DNA of 64,000 nt from Psilocybe cubensis (taxonomy: Eukaryota), in assembly GCA_017499595.2 (NCBI GenBank), contig CM039005.1, forward strand, positions 868,001-932,000, in the 5' to 3' direction. The notes beneath the pieces are model-generated. The model saw only the letters and a list, made by a program, of their open reading frames with translations, did no database searches and was not told where the DNA came from. Both the position numbers and the translations under genes were made by a program. How positions within the stretch are numbered: position 1 is the stretch's first letter; every line of letters begins with the position of its first letter. Positions 46,783 through 59,892 of the stretch are shown here, piece by piece.

Positions 46783-49700
46783 TCCCCAACGACAGCATTG
46801 TCGCCCACAAAACATCTTAATACCCTCCGGTTGCTCGTCCTTGGGCCTGGTAACCATACCCTATACATCTCCTCATAGCGGCCACCAATCCAAAACCCAT
46901 CCTCCCCCTCCTCCCAACCTCTATCATTTCCTTTACTGAAGGAAGTCCTCCCACCAGCATTGCTCCCTCGGACCGCTGGTGTTCCCGCTGCTTTCTTGGC
47001 GCCATTCATGATTCCCATTTCTCGGACCATATGCATGGTAATCGTCCACATAACGCATATAATTTCTTCAGCCTGGCTTGCTGAATGACCGCGTACTCCC
47101 CCCAACATACCGAAGCACTTTTGGACATGCTTCTCGCGCCAGTCAAGAACCAACACGGCCTGCACCCGTTATAATCATACATCCAGTTGGTGGTCGGACA
47201 TCGGCGGGCTCACGACGCGATCCCTCCACCAGGACATATATCATCTTGTATTTATACTTCTCCATCCCGCATACCCATTCCCAATCGCACTGCATATTCG
47301 ACGCTATCATCCTCTGCATACTTTCTATTTCCTTTCCATTTTGGTTTTCATTATTTAGGGTTTCTATATATATTTAGGGAGGGCATGTCAAACAGTCTAT
47401 CGAACACTTAATACTGAATTCTGCTTTGCTTAGAGCAATTATTTCGGTCTTATTTCTGATATGAGTGTCGTTCACACAATGGGTATGGGCAGTTGGTGGA
47501 TGAGTTGAGCTAACGAGGTCATTTGTGAAAATGTTATTGACGTCACTGTCGCGTCATCTCTTTACAGTTGCCAGCCGGCTTCTAAACTCCCACGACACGA
47601 GTCGATTCGGCTTGCGATCGAGCGTCGGTTCGACTCGGATTTGTTTTGTTGTTGATTACATCCTCTCACTCTCGTCCTGTTGCCATGCAAAAATTGACAT
47701 CCTCGGCCTCAAGGCCCCTGCCGCAAAAAAACACTCGATATCTCGCTGTGACATTCTTATGCATACAATGCATCTGCGGCCAAAGGCGGAGCCGAACGAA
47801 AAAACTTTCATTTGGCCGCCTTCACGCTGATAGTATCTTTTTCAAGGGGCTTCTGGAATGCCTTTTTTTTCTTTCTTTCAACTCTGGACGCTGGCGCTGA
47901 GTGTTGAGCAGTGACGTTTATAGACCTCTTCCGTCAAGTTTCGAAGGGACACGCGTTCGTTGGCGATCGCGATGTTTTTTGAGCAGTATGTAAGACCGCA
48001 TGTCAGCTGGCCCCTCCGTGTGCCCCATATCCATATCGCCGTCTGGCCTCATGCCTTTTCTACCCCTTGTCTCCCCGAAGTTCTCAAGTGGGAGCACAGA
48101 CGGAAAGTCCGTCGGGAATCAAGATGGCAAGTACCGAAATGGAAATCACGATCCTCCTCCGCCGGCCTTTTCTATAACGTGTAACGACTGATTGACTGGA
48201 GACCGAGAAACGATAGGGACAGGTATGAAATCTACCAGGTACTTGTCCAACCAGCTGCGGAAATCAGCGTTGCGCCCTGCCTTGTATACTGTTTTATGCA
48301 ATTTGCAACTCAGCGACGATCGGGAATTTGTAACTATGCGATTGCGAGAGAAAGTCTCCCTTTCAAGTTGGATTTGACGATTATTTACTACAGTGGACAG
48401 ACAGGCAGGGCTTCTGGAGAGGATCCTTTGTGAACGAGTCGCAAAATAGATGCTTCGCCTGGGGTAAAGGTACCGTTACCACACTTTATACTATATTAAA
48501 CCGGTCAAAATTTACCACAGGTCTAATCTTTTTTCAGAGTCTAGATTTGCGGGAATGGATGGACCTGGGCAGGCAGGGCAAGGCAACGAAAATGACACCG
48601 CCAGAGCAGCAGCACTTTTACTTACTTCGCTGTCGTCCAGGAACGATTGTGACCCACACCACACCACTCCGTTATACTATATTTGCTCCAAAAACCCGTT
48701 CTGCCGCACTGGCATCTTGGTCGTGCACCTATCCTATCCGAATGGTTGCGTGCCGCGGAAAGTAGGGATGCCTTTTCATCAGGTTCGCATCTCAATTCGC
48801 ACCCCAGATTTATTATTAAGTATATCATAAATGACATGAACTCGACTCAGCACCTCTTGATTACTTGTACTAATACAGTTTCCTCGTTTTTGCGCCGGGA
48901 AACTTTTTATTTTCTTTCGTATCAGGAAACGATGGGTTACTGGTTATTGGGCATCGCCTCGTTTTGAGCGGTGGTGTATACCTAGAATAGAGCAGGTTGC
49001 GGGTTTGTTTGCTGGAAGAGGCAGGTGTTATTTCCATGCACTTAGTGCGACCGTATAATAGGTTGCATGAGGCCTGCGCGCATGCACCCACGGAAACCGG
49101 ACGGTGTAAGTGTAAGCAATATATCGTGGCGTAGCGATATATCGCAGTGCCCGTTAAAATGAAGAGATCGGTCGGCCCGACTCGGTTCTTTTTCGTACCA
49201 ACGCCCGCACACCATGGCCAGCGCGCCTGATTATCGATTTGTGATTCCAAATATCAATGAAGTCTGCCCGGGGCGTCGCTGATGGAGACGCGAAATCTGA
49301 AGAGCAGGTTACAGTATCACTATCATGTTGAATCGCGCTGCGGCATCATCAATGCAGAATTAGTTTGACAGCGAGCGACAGTCTAAAGAAAGGGCCAGGT
49401 TGTAGGTATTCAAAATAATTTGATGTGAGAGTGCGGCAAGTCATGGTATATAAATTGGATGTAAGCTAGCGTGAAATCGGTTTTGTTTTCAAGTAAACCA
49501 ATTTGATTTGTTGGCAAGAAAAAAGATGAACAATTAAAATTCGTTTAGCGCGGTTATACGCCTACATTAACTGTACAGGCGCTAAAAAGTGTAACATTAA
49601 ATTGTTTAAGATGTAAGCGTATCGCAAAACCCTATATCTTATTCCTTGGACGCAGACTGACCTCGGTGGCTCCCAAGTGCCATCGGCGCCAACGGCTTGA

Positions 49701-50005
49701 GTTGACAAGCGTTTTCATTTGAAACGCCACGATATCTATGTAAATAGTCAGTAGGGACCACTGTAATACCCCACAACAGCTCCATTGGCGGGCCTTAGGC
49801 CTTAGCGGGTCTCGGTTGCGAAGCTGCTTGGGATTCTTTGGACTAACCCTCATAGGCTAATCTTCCCTAGTTAGAACCGACATGCTAATTTGGGTGATGA
49901 TCGCTGTGGGTTCCAACATGATCATGATGTAAATTGTACAAAGCAATTAAGACCCAGTGGCGTTTCCCCTCCCGTGGCGTTTTTTTCCAAGGTACGTTTA
50001 CCTTT

Positions 50006-50023
50006 GCTATGCTATGCTATGCT
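50006..50023. repeat. Short (GCTAT)n microsatellite
   Basis: GCTATGCTATGCTATGCT. Confidence 0.6.
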
Positions 50024-53000
50024 ACTCTGGATTGACCTAACCCTTTTGTGCAGGCTCAGATAGAGAGGGCGGGGGTAAAATGCTATCAGGTTTCGACACG
50101 GTAATTACATAGAGGTGATTGGCGACTTTAATCAGAGTGTGCTGACTTTGAGTCAGAGTCAGAGTTAATCCGTTGGTAGCGTCATACCAGTCCTGTGATG
50201 TTCGCTTCCCGAAAGACAAGGGGCAGAGTTGTTTTCGGCATCCATGATTGACACAATGTCTTGTCACTTTCCAGTCAAGTTGCCAAGTGCTCAGAGAAGC
50301 AAGGTTGGGTGAGCATCTACGTACAAGTCAAGTCGTCATACAATTTTAGCCTAGTTCTACATATGTAGCTTCTATGTACACAGTCATCTGTTGAAGTAAT
50401 CACGCTATCAGAGCTGCCACAAAGGACCCTGCGCGAAAAAAACAAAAAACGACGTCATTTATTTCGTCAATTCAATTATTACCGGTATTAATAGAAGCGC
50501 CCCTCAGATAACGCGAAGTTGAATCCCGGCGACCTACTTGCACACGACCGTGGTATCACCGTGACAAAAAGGGCGGGCGCGTGTTGTGGAGCTGGACGAA
50601 GCGAAAGAGACTGTGCGTTCCTGCTTTGACTCGATTGGGTTGAGAACGAGAGGTTGGTGCGGATGGCAATCGAAGCTCGCTTGGACGACTGACTTAGTTC
50701 TATAGCAAGGCGTCGGTCGAAGAAGAGGCATTTTCTAGCGTATTAATTTCAAATGCACCCTCGATTACCCTTCTTCGATTGTTGTACTATAGCCCTCGAA
50801 CTCAAAGCTAAGGTTGGTAAAATGAAAGTTCTAGCCGACTGATGTGACGCAATGAAAGCATTTGCCTACTAACTTCCTTTGTCCATGATCAGCGACATTC
50901 ACTCGGTATGAACGTGATTGTATGACGACTTCGGGTGCTTTATAGACAAACAGACTCGGAATGGCGATCTGGTATGGTCTGATATTGCCTAATATGACTC
51001 TTGTGATCACAAGCAATTAGACGCCGGTAAGGCGCCAATTTCGCCATGTCACGGACCAGGACATGCCTAATTGGCACATCAATAGAAAACAGAAGAGTGA
51101 TCCCCCTTCACGAACCGACGGCGACTCTGGAGTATTCATCTCATTCATGCGGCACTCAGCTACCACCGTATGGTAGGTCAAATGCACGAGTCGGTGACTG
51201 AAATCGCCGACGGGGAGGTGGGATATATAACCCATGTATGACTGTACTCGGGCTTCATTTGAAGTATGCGACTCAAATAGGGCAAACAGAGAGGGTGCAC
51301 CCTCGATATGCATGCCTCTTTACCACGTTCCATCAAGAACAGCTACGCCCGTTCGTGTCCCGGGAACTCGGAAGCTTCCGTAGACTGTGAGTTCACACCG
51401 TTGTAGCGGCTTTTTAGAAAATAATCACTTCTTGACATTATTCTCCGTAGAAAATCTGAACAAAGAACGAGGTACACATGCTCATGTACACTTTCAACCT
51501 AGATGCAAATGGCACTTCTTAAGGCAGCCATATCAGTCAATATATGCAAAAATGAAACTTTCAGGTTTGAACCTCTGCGCCCTTCGTATGGACTCCACAA
51601 ACAATGCTAAAGTCATGTAGCAAACGCGCTGACTCCACAAATAACTATCTTTCCACGCATATGACCAGAGTTTTACTTCTATGTAACGACGCTCGAGGCT
51701 GTTCAAGGTCTGCAGATACGCAGTAAACGATCGTGTTTTGCGTATAGTATATACCTGATAGGAGAAGAAAGGTACGGAGTATTACACAATTTTCTCATCT
51801 TAGGATATTCTAACGTACAATGCATCGATCCAAACCGACTGCCAGATAGTGATCGCGTTAAACTCGTATTAAGACAGTTCTATTTAGTATACTACTATAG
51901 TATAATACACCGGGAAACTTCATTGATACGGAATCCAGTGTATCGGTAAAATATTATATCAGCAGGCTTTCCTCAGGTGACGTTTTGAAGACTCTACTCA
52001 ACTCGGTGCTTGGCGGCAGCCTCATATTTTTTTATGCAGAGCTGTAAAATAAGCCATGGTAACTGCAGCGCGAGCGTCGGAGTAGTCAGGGAAGAATATC
52101 GTATAGCAACCAAAAGCAGGCACAAAAGCGAACAGTTGTGTGCGTGTACATATATGCCTGGGTCGATTTTAGTCAACGAGCTTCCAGGGCACAGTACCTT
52201 TCTTTCTCCACGGTTACCAGCTCGAGGCTCGAGGACAGTTAAGAAATTGGCAGTGGAGATGGGCTAAATCAAAGGTATCTGCCGAGATATGATCCTCGAG
52301 AAGGGGCATGCAGTAGCTCGCAGTGCGTTTCAAACGATCGCAGCATACTTTCAGAGTTTGGGCCAGAGCGAGTTGGTACGACTCGGTTCGTTTTGCATAG
52401 CGATCAAAGTTAATGTCCGTGAGCCGCCTCAACTTGAGCCTCCAGTGTAATAGGCTTTCTGCCACCTGAGGAAGTTGATCGTGACGAGGGTGAAGTAAAG
52501 GCAGAGGATCATTTCGCTGAGTAGAATCGGATTCGCAGTTCGACGGCTAGCTTTAAGCTTCTTCGGCTTCTTCATTGAAGAAAACTGTCCGAGAATAAAG
52601 GAGATAAGGAGAACAGAGTGGGGTACCCCTTTCAATGCACAGACACATTTGATGTCCGCCCGCAAGGGCAAGGGCGAACCAAGAATCGCTGCACGAATTT
52701 GGCAAAGGAATGGTAGAGCGGAGATGGAACACCAAGGAGCCAAGCAAACCTTAATCGTAAAGGGGGGAAATGTACAGTTTCTTGATGTTGGGTGACGGAG
52801 AAGATTCAGTGTTTGGACGGTCAAAAAGTATCACGTTAATGTCACCCATTTAAGCACAAGTACTTCAAATCCAAGTGTAGCGTTGACCAAGCGTCGACAC
52901 GCAATGGGGCCGCTGCCTTCGCATCCTCGGCATTTAGGTGCTCGAGCACGAGGCTTATAGCAGATTATGGAAGCCAAGATTCTTACCTGCCGCTCTTTAA

Positions 53001-53319
53001 AGTCTGCCAGGGGTGCATATGTGTGCAGGTTAAATCGTGGAAGGAAGTCAAGTTCAAGTCAGAGAAAGGACCAAACATCCAGAACGCCGCAATGATTTGT
53101 CGCTTTTCCCACAATTACCATTACGTAACATTAATTTCGTCCATAAACTCAGAGGCAAAGCTTTCGCTGAGGTTGAACATTCAACAACAAATTTGTTCGA
53201 CTCCTCTACCCAATCAACCTCCAAACCCCAGCGCGTCAAAAATATCTTACCCCCCATCTAGTTATTCATTTGGATTCTTGGTTAAATCTTTGGAATTCCA
53301 AACCGCAGGCCCGCTCAGA

Positions 53320-53642
53320 ATGGCCAACTTCAAGTTATCCACTTCAAGAAGAATTGTGAGGCCGGCAGGCGATGCATATACAGAAAAGAGGTTTGAGATG
53401 TCTTGACGCCGTTTGTAGGGTCTTGGGTTTACTGGCGCTCTGGTTGTAGCTGGGGCAACATTCTACTTTGCAAGGAAAAGTATGACAGAACGTCGCAAGG
53501 CTGAACATGATCAGTATAAAGCATGTAAGTAACCTGGAAGTTATTGCTTGAAGGTTGCCTGGAATTTATACTGATGCGTTATTTTCTAGCCCGACTGTCA
53601 CCTCACCCGCCTGAACTACCAGATTCCAAGACCCGCATCTAG
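53320..53642 (+). CDS. 64-aa single-TM microprotein (DUF4748-like)
   Basis: Exons 53320-53355, 53419-53524, 53590-53642 give MANFKLSTSRRIGLGFTGALVVAGATFYFARKSMTERRKAEHDQYKASRLSPHPPELPDSKTRI. AGATFYFARKS resembles the DUF4748 motif as recalled. Confidence 0.72.
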
Positions 53643-53895
53643 AAATGAATGTTCGATATTTATGGTTATGCCCCCGTTTCACATTCTCTTGGTGCCCAAA
53701 TTCCAGTTTGTAGTCTCGATCATCAGGACCGACCATTGTTGGCCATGTCGTCACTGGGCATATAATCTGAATCATTCAGTTGCTTAAATCGAATACGGAC
53801 GGCGCTGAGCTCAAACATCTCTCTTTCTACAACCTGTACCACCATCGCAACCCAACTTCGTATATCACTATCTTTACTATCTTTACCAACGCACA

Positions 53896-54518
53896 ATGAC
53901 ATCGTCTGCCCCTTCCGCCCACCGTCCTACAGTCCCTCCTTCAGGATTTGGACGCGTATGCATCATTTCATGCTTGACAGTCATTTTCACCAGCTGAAGC
54001 GTCAAGTGTCTAGACATTCCTCGTAGGAGGGTCCATCGTTTTGGCCGGCTTGACTGGCTTTTATATGAGCATGCTTCGCAACAAACACAAACAGGAGCTC
54101 ATGGGAACGAATCCTCATTGTACGCACCGCTACCATATTTTTGTGTCGTCTAGTTTGACATTGTCTCGGAATTGCCCATTCAGTCGAACAAATCGTCGGC
54201 CACGTTAGCAAGGCTCCTCCAGCTGATCAACCACTCCCAAAGTTGAACGCAACCTATAGCGACGTTCCTCCCGCTTACCCGACCAAAGAACATGTTAGTC
54301 GCCACACCACATTCGCGAACTTCAAAGATTCTCCTGGCTACCTCGAAGGTGGCCCTGCGACTCGCTACATGGAACCGACTCCTCAGAGGCCCAAAAATGA
54401 CGGAACTGGGAGGGCGTACACCAAATCCCCTAATTACGTCGACAACTACGGCAAGACAACTAGGCCTTCCATGGCCAAAGTACCTGCTTTAGCCCAAGAT
54501 CCTGTTGTTGATGTTTGA
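53896..54518 (+). CDS. 166-aa single-TM hypothetical protein
   Basis: Exons 53896-53955, 54014-54119, 54184-54518 splice in frame into track ORF 54243..54518. TM segment FLVGGSIVLAGLTGFYM; Pro-rich tail. Confidence 0.72.
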
Positions 54519-54648
54519 AGCTTCGTCGTCTTGAGTCATGCAAAAAGTATGTGTTTGTCTACTTGTGTATTTTGTCCCTGTACATTGTCTTTTGCGAATG
54601 TCCATGTACATCTCCTTATTGCTATAGTACAAAATATGTATCGTCCAA

Positions 54649-56268
54649 CTATAAATATCCGTGATTTTGTCTCTTAGTGGTTGCGTCAATGATACTATTG
54701 CACTTCGATTCGTGGAGCCAGTGATAGTGATGATTTGTTGGCCTCGATGTCAATGTGGTGGCTAAACTGTACCTATGGAGGTTGTCAATGTCCAATTCGT
54801 CAATTTTAGTTTGACAGAAATTCACCTCTTTAGGTGTCGGTGGAAGTTGTTTGTCCAACATCTGGGGTGTAAGATTCACTCCTGGAGGTTTTGCTGTGAA
54901 TATTGGAATAAGTTTCGAAGCGAAGTGGACATGCGAAACGTGAATCTTACTAAAATTATACAACATGATGTTGGCGGTAAAGGATAGCTTCTTGCGATTT
55001 AAAGCAGAGTCTGGAACATCGTAAGGCGAGCTTCTGCTTTTGCTGACGATCAAATTGACGAAAATGGTGATGATGTACACCCTTCCCATCGTGTTTACCA
55101 GAATATAGAATACTATCGGTGGTAAATGACTGTACAGTGGACAGAGTAGTAGTGAGTTACTTACTGTCAGTCCTAGTCCAAAATAATACAACTAATACAA
55201 GGGTCATGAGAGCCCCGCATCCTCCAGATGAAATAGTATTGACGATGGTATCTCGCCATGTCCTAGACTATTTCAGAATTTTCTACTAAGTCGCACTGAT
55301 TAGGAAAGGCACCTTTGTTTGGATATCTGCAACGGGGTGACTGCATGGATTTGACAGATGAGAGCAAGAGGAATAAAAACATCGACAGTCGAAGCAATCG
55401 ATGCCAGCACACTGAATATGAAAATCATTGGCGATTCCGGCTGTGTGTCAAAAAATACACTTACGATGCTGCTCGATTACCATACCTCCTTGCATCAGGA
55501 TCAATCATTGGAAATGCCACCACATAAATGCCAGAGTAGAACTCCAAAATAGCCTAGTTTATGAACAAGATGCCATCAGTGACAGCCTAAACGGAAAGAT
55601 GAAAAAGACATACGTGTACAAAAACCATAGCTAGCAAAGCAGCTAAAATGAAGGGTGACTGGAATCTGTCAAGCCATATGCAAATGAGCACCCGCGGAAC
55701 GTCGATCAGAAGATACGTTTCTTACAGTCCTCGACAGCGATTTAACAAGTACAATTCTTCAATGACGGCGACTGTGGTCAGCATGAAGGTAGACAACGGG
55801 ACCGTCCACCGAGATTCGCCTAGTGAGTATGCTGAATAAAAAGGTTAGATATATGCGTCTTCATGTAAGTTATTTGGCTGCATTACTTGTATATGAATTT
55901 ATTAAAAGCTAAATAACGTAAAAGAATGAGCACAGTGAAGGACTTGAATTCCTGAAGAGTGTTACTTCACAGTAAATCTCCACGCACCATCCATGAAGAC
56001 GCGAGAACAGTAATTGTGCATATAGTGTCTGCCAGAAGCAGGCCAAAGAGCAGGACTTGTAGTGGTCGATTTGTCTTGAATCGAGTGAAATAGTAGATAG
56101 CGAATGTTAATTCCAGTGTATAGAGAAGAACATTGATCCAAGTTATGGATAAGTAGCCGCTGTTGCACAAAGAAGAAGTTGAGTACCGTGAAACCTGAAA
56201 ATGATTGAATTTGTTGCGCTCGCTTGCCTTGAAAAATGAGGGCCGGGAGACAGTATTATAGAATTCAT
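54649..56268 (-). CDS. Multi-pass membrane protein, DUF6534-like basidiomycete family
   Basis: Exons encode TWINVLLYTLELTFAIYYFTRF...LLADTICT, IEELYLLNRC, ASTVDVFIPLALI and TMGRVYIITIFVNL, which resemble this family as recalled. Internal exon boundaries and the 3' end are approximate. Confidence 0.6.
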
Positions 56269-57879
56269 GATGCTTGGCGTTGTTACAATGGTGTGGAAGA
56301 AAGTGAAGGAAAGGCGCCGACAAGACTTTACAAATACAATGTGCGGGGTAGTCAAGAACGAAGAGAGGGAAACGTTGCCAAAGATTTTGCGTCCATTATA
56401 TCCATTCTTTATGCCATCTCTCGGAGAGGTCGGGCAAACGGTTGGCATACTGATAAGCACTTCGAATGCTAGAATCATGATTAACCACCCCAAATGACCC
56501 AGTCAACCCTGTGCGCCTCGGTACCCAATGGCAGATTCAATGATTGGCCGTCATTGACATCCTGGTTGGCAGGGTTCGGTTGCTTTCGACGACGGAATTT
56601 TCTGGTAGTCCGACAGAGGTTTTAATGGATTCATTATAAAAAGGATATCGCACCTTGGCGATCATTATCTATATCTTCTCGTTGAAGAGTTACTGTGAGA
56701 ATTTGAACTTGGTAAGCCAGCACTACTTGAATGATTTAACCTACAAGAAATACACTGGTGGACCATCGCCTGCTCCCCAATGATTAGGGTCGCTCTCTCC
56801 ATAAAAAAAACTAGATTGTTGCTGACCATGTAATGATGATGAGAACAATATACTTGATTTGGTATTGAATTCTCGCACCGCGAGAAACGGTTTGTAAAGA
56901 AGATGGAATCAGTTGACTTGTTGTCGTTATCCCTGTAGTGTCATTTCCATGTCAACATATCCAGTGACCCAAGATCCATGGAAGCCTCAGAATTGAAGAC
57001 GAGCTGACGAAGAAGAAAGGATGACTTTTAAAACATTCGTTCCATACACGCTGGGTTTTCGTTCAATTGAAATGTTTTCAAAAAACTTCAATGAGACACA
57101 GTGAGTTATGTACGTCGAGCATGTTTTAGAGGCACGTAAATCCCAAAATCGTTCGTGGGCCATAAAAAGTATGTACCTGGTCGATGTGATGAAAACTGGC
57201 AATTTACTGCAGAGATTAACGAGACTTACTCAGTCACCAGCTTCCCCCGCAACTTCCTAAGCACTATGCCTAAGACCTATACCGTTCTTGCCGGATTGTG
57301 GGCGCCTTGAGGTCGGTTCTATCCAAAGTCTTCAAGTAGTCGCACGATTGAATACCGATTAATACTTATGATGAGGGCAAGATGAGGAACAGAAAAAGGC
57401 CAAAGCCAGTATCTTGTACAGCCAGGCATGTTTTGAGAAGTGAGCCACCGTGCATAGTTTGGGTACTTTATGAATTGGAAAGTGTAGCAGGTAACATTGT
57501 GATCTCTCTCAGGAGGAAGCTCATGGTGGTCGCGTCGAACGCGTTGTTTGCACAGCTTTCTATATTTGGTCAGTCAGTCACGGTGCTCATTTGCTCACAA
57601 GTTTAGGAAGTTGCCCAGTGCCAACAAACGTTGTGCTGCGCCTAATGCACTTACACTCCTCTTAATGAACTAGCACATCTCTATACTGCAACGATTCTAA
57701 AAACTCTCAGCTGAGGTTACACAAGCTATATTCCAGGTAAGTAGAGATATAGTTGTTGCATTTTGAATTGCGCACTGACAACCTCTTTAATCCAGTCGGG
57801 ACCTGTGAATTCCACTGAACACCCTAAATCGCGGCGAAAAGCCCTTTCTGTATCCCAGAGACATATAGAAATTAATATA

Positions 57880-59300
57880 ATGTCAAGAGGAGACTATGAA
57901 AGACTTCCTATGTACGCCTCTTCCGCATCATCATCTCGCAAACGCTCATCGTCAAACACACCATCCTCACCTCCATCCCCTTCATCATCTGGGTCTTCAT
58001 CAACCTACCACAGGTCTCGTAATGAACGAACAAAAAGTCCACGATGTCTTGTTACCCCAGGCACTCTCATGACAGTCCTCAAGTTTGCTCTGCCGACCAC
58101 AATTTTCCTCCTTTTTCTTGGGTTCTATTTGTATGAACCACACATCGAGCTCGCGTTTTACGATCGGACATGGGTACATAAAGAAATAGACCCAGTGGAA
58201 CCTCTGTCGAACTGCTTCGACCGGGTTAGTCCAAGCTACAATGTCTCGGAATACGTGTATGGAGTGAAGAAGACAGAAGTCCAGGCTGGCATGCCAATGA
58301 GAATGGGTCTTGATTGCTACAACTTCGCCGGTACAATAAAAAAGGAACCACGGACTCAGCCAATTGCACATATACCCGCTGAATCTCGTGTCCAGTTTCA
58401 TACTTATTGGCGAAACGACCTCGCACCGTTCGGACCTCGCCAGGAATGGATGCTCAAGTCCTTTTTCGCAACACAAGATATAGATTCGTCGCGGTTGATA
58501 TTGTGGTCAAACGGTGAACTTGGTCCCAACTCAATTCTGCAAAGTTACCTCACAAGGTTTCCCGATTCATTCGCTTTGAAAGTGGTTGATATACCATCCC
58601 TTGCAAAGGGGACTGAACTAGAGGGTAGCGATCTTCTAACGAGAAAGGACGCCAAAGCATGGGTAGACGGCGACTTGATCAGACTTCTTCTTTTGTGGAA
58701 TTTCGGAGGTGTTTGGGTGGATATGGATTCGCTTTTAACCCGAGACGTCCAACCTCTTCTGGAGCACGAATTCGTGACCCAGTGGGACTGTTATGGTGCA
58801 ATTTCTTCTCTTTCCATATATGCGTTATGCACTAACCGTACTCGATTGCAGACAAGATATATCTTCCGCTGAATGGCGCCCTGATGCGATTCCGGAAGCA
58901 CTCACCTTACTTATGCGAAGCCTTCCACGTAATGGCTACCTCTTCTCCGCCTCGTTCTGGCTCAACAGATTGGGGTGCGCTGCTTTACTTGAAGCTTTGG
59001 CGTCGACTCCTATCTGCATCAGTACCCCCGTTCAAAATTCTTCCTTTCTGCTTCAGCGATGGCCGGTCTTGTCGACTGGATAACAGGCTCCCCGACCCTT
59101 TCATCCCCGACAGCAAAACCGGAAAATGGACGATGGGCCTAGGCTTGGAAGAAGGCGGTGGATTGGACCAAGCTCTGCAAAAGGTCTTTGGGGTACATCT
59201 TCACAACCAATGGGAGAAACCATATCCTTCCGATGGATGGGTAGAGAGGCTCTTGCTCAAGAGATATGACGAGAAGCTGAAGCCGAGAGAAGAGCTATGA
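57880..59300 (+). CDS. Glycosyltransferase family 32 (DXD sugar-binding) type II membrane protein
   Basis: N-terminal TM anchor, FHTYW, DLIRLLLLWNFGGVWVDMD, VHLHNQW; one intron 58796-58851. Confidence 0.85.
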
Positions 59301-59892
59301 TTGGTTTTTGGATTCTTAACAGGCATCCCTCGTTCGTATCTTTACACTTACCTCTAATTTGTGCACTTGCTGTGATTTTGGGAAACATGGGGACTTTTAT
59401 TTGAGTTTTAAAGCTTTCCCCTCTTTTGCTGAAATGTACTGAATGAGGTGACTGCACGAGGACTGTGTTTAGTTGGTAAGTCTGAATGCTTTAAAAATTT
59501 TCATGTACTAAAAAGTTTGAGGTAGATGTCTATCGCGTCAATGTTCAATGCTTTCGCTATGCGTCCACATTAATGATGGAAAGCCGCTTAAGTGCGGTCA
59601 TCGGCACGATGAAAATGACGACTTTGACGTTTGTTCGAGCTATGCGTGCCAATACGTCAACTGCGCTTCAGAGCGAGCGCTGCGCCATGGCTAATATTGG
59701 AGCAAACGTTCATCTAAGAATGTATACGCCAATCCTCGCAGTCCACAAACACTGCCATGAAGATCATGCTCCTTCATGTTTGAAGTGTTGATATGACCAG
59801 TTAAAATATTGAGCTGACTATCTTCTCAGGTATAAAGCCTTTCGAGTCGAACAGGACAAATCTCACCAATCAAGCCAATCAACGATCTTTAC

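Noticed and set aside
46322-46939. 205-aa unspliced ORF over the CBM12-like gene
   Set aside because: It reads through leader, introns and 3' UTR; the spliced 64-aa model has much better signals.
47500-53300. Short ORFs and small direct repeats (GTGGCGTTT x2, GACTCCACAA x2)
   Set aside because: No coding signature, and the repeats are short enough to occur by chance.
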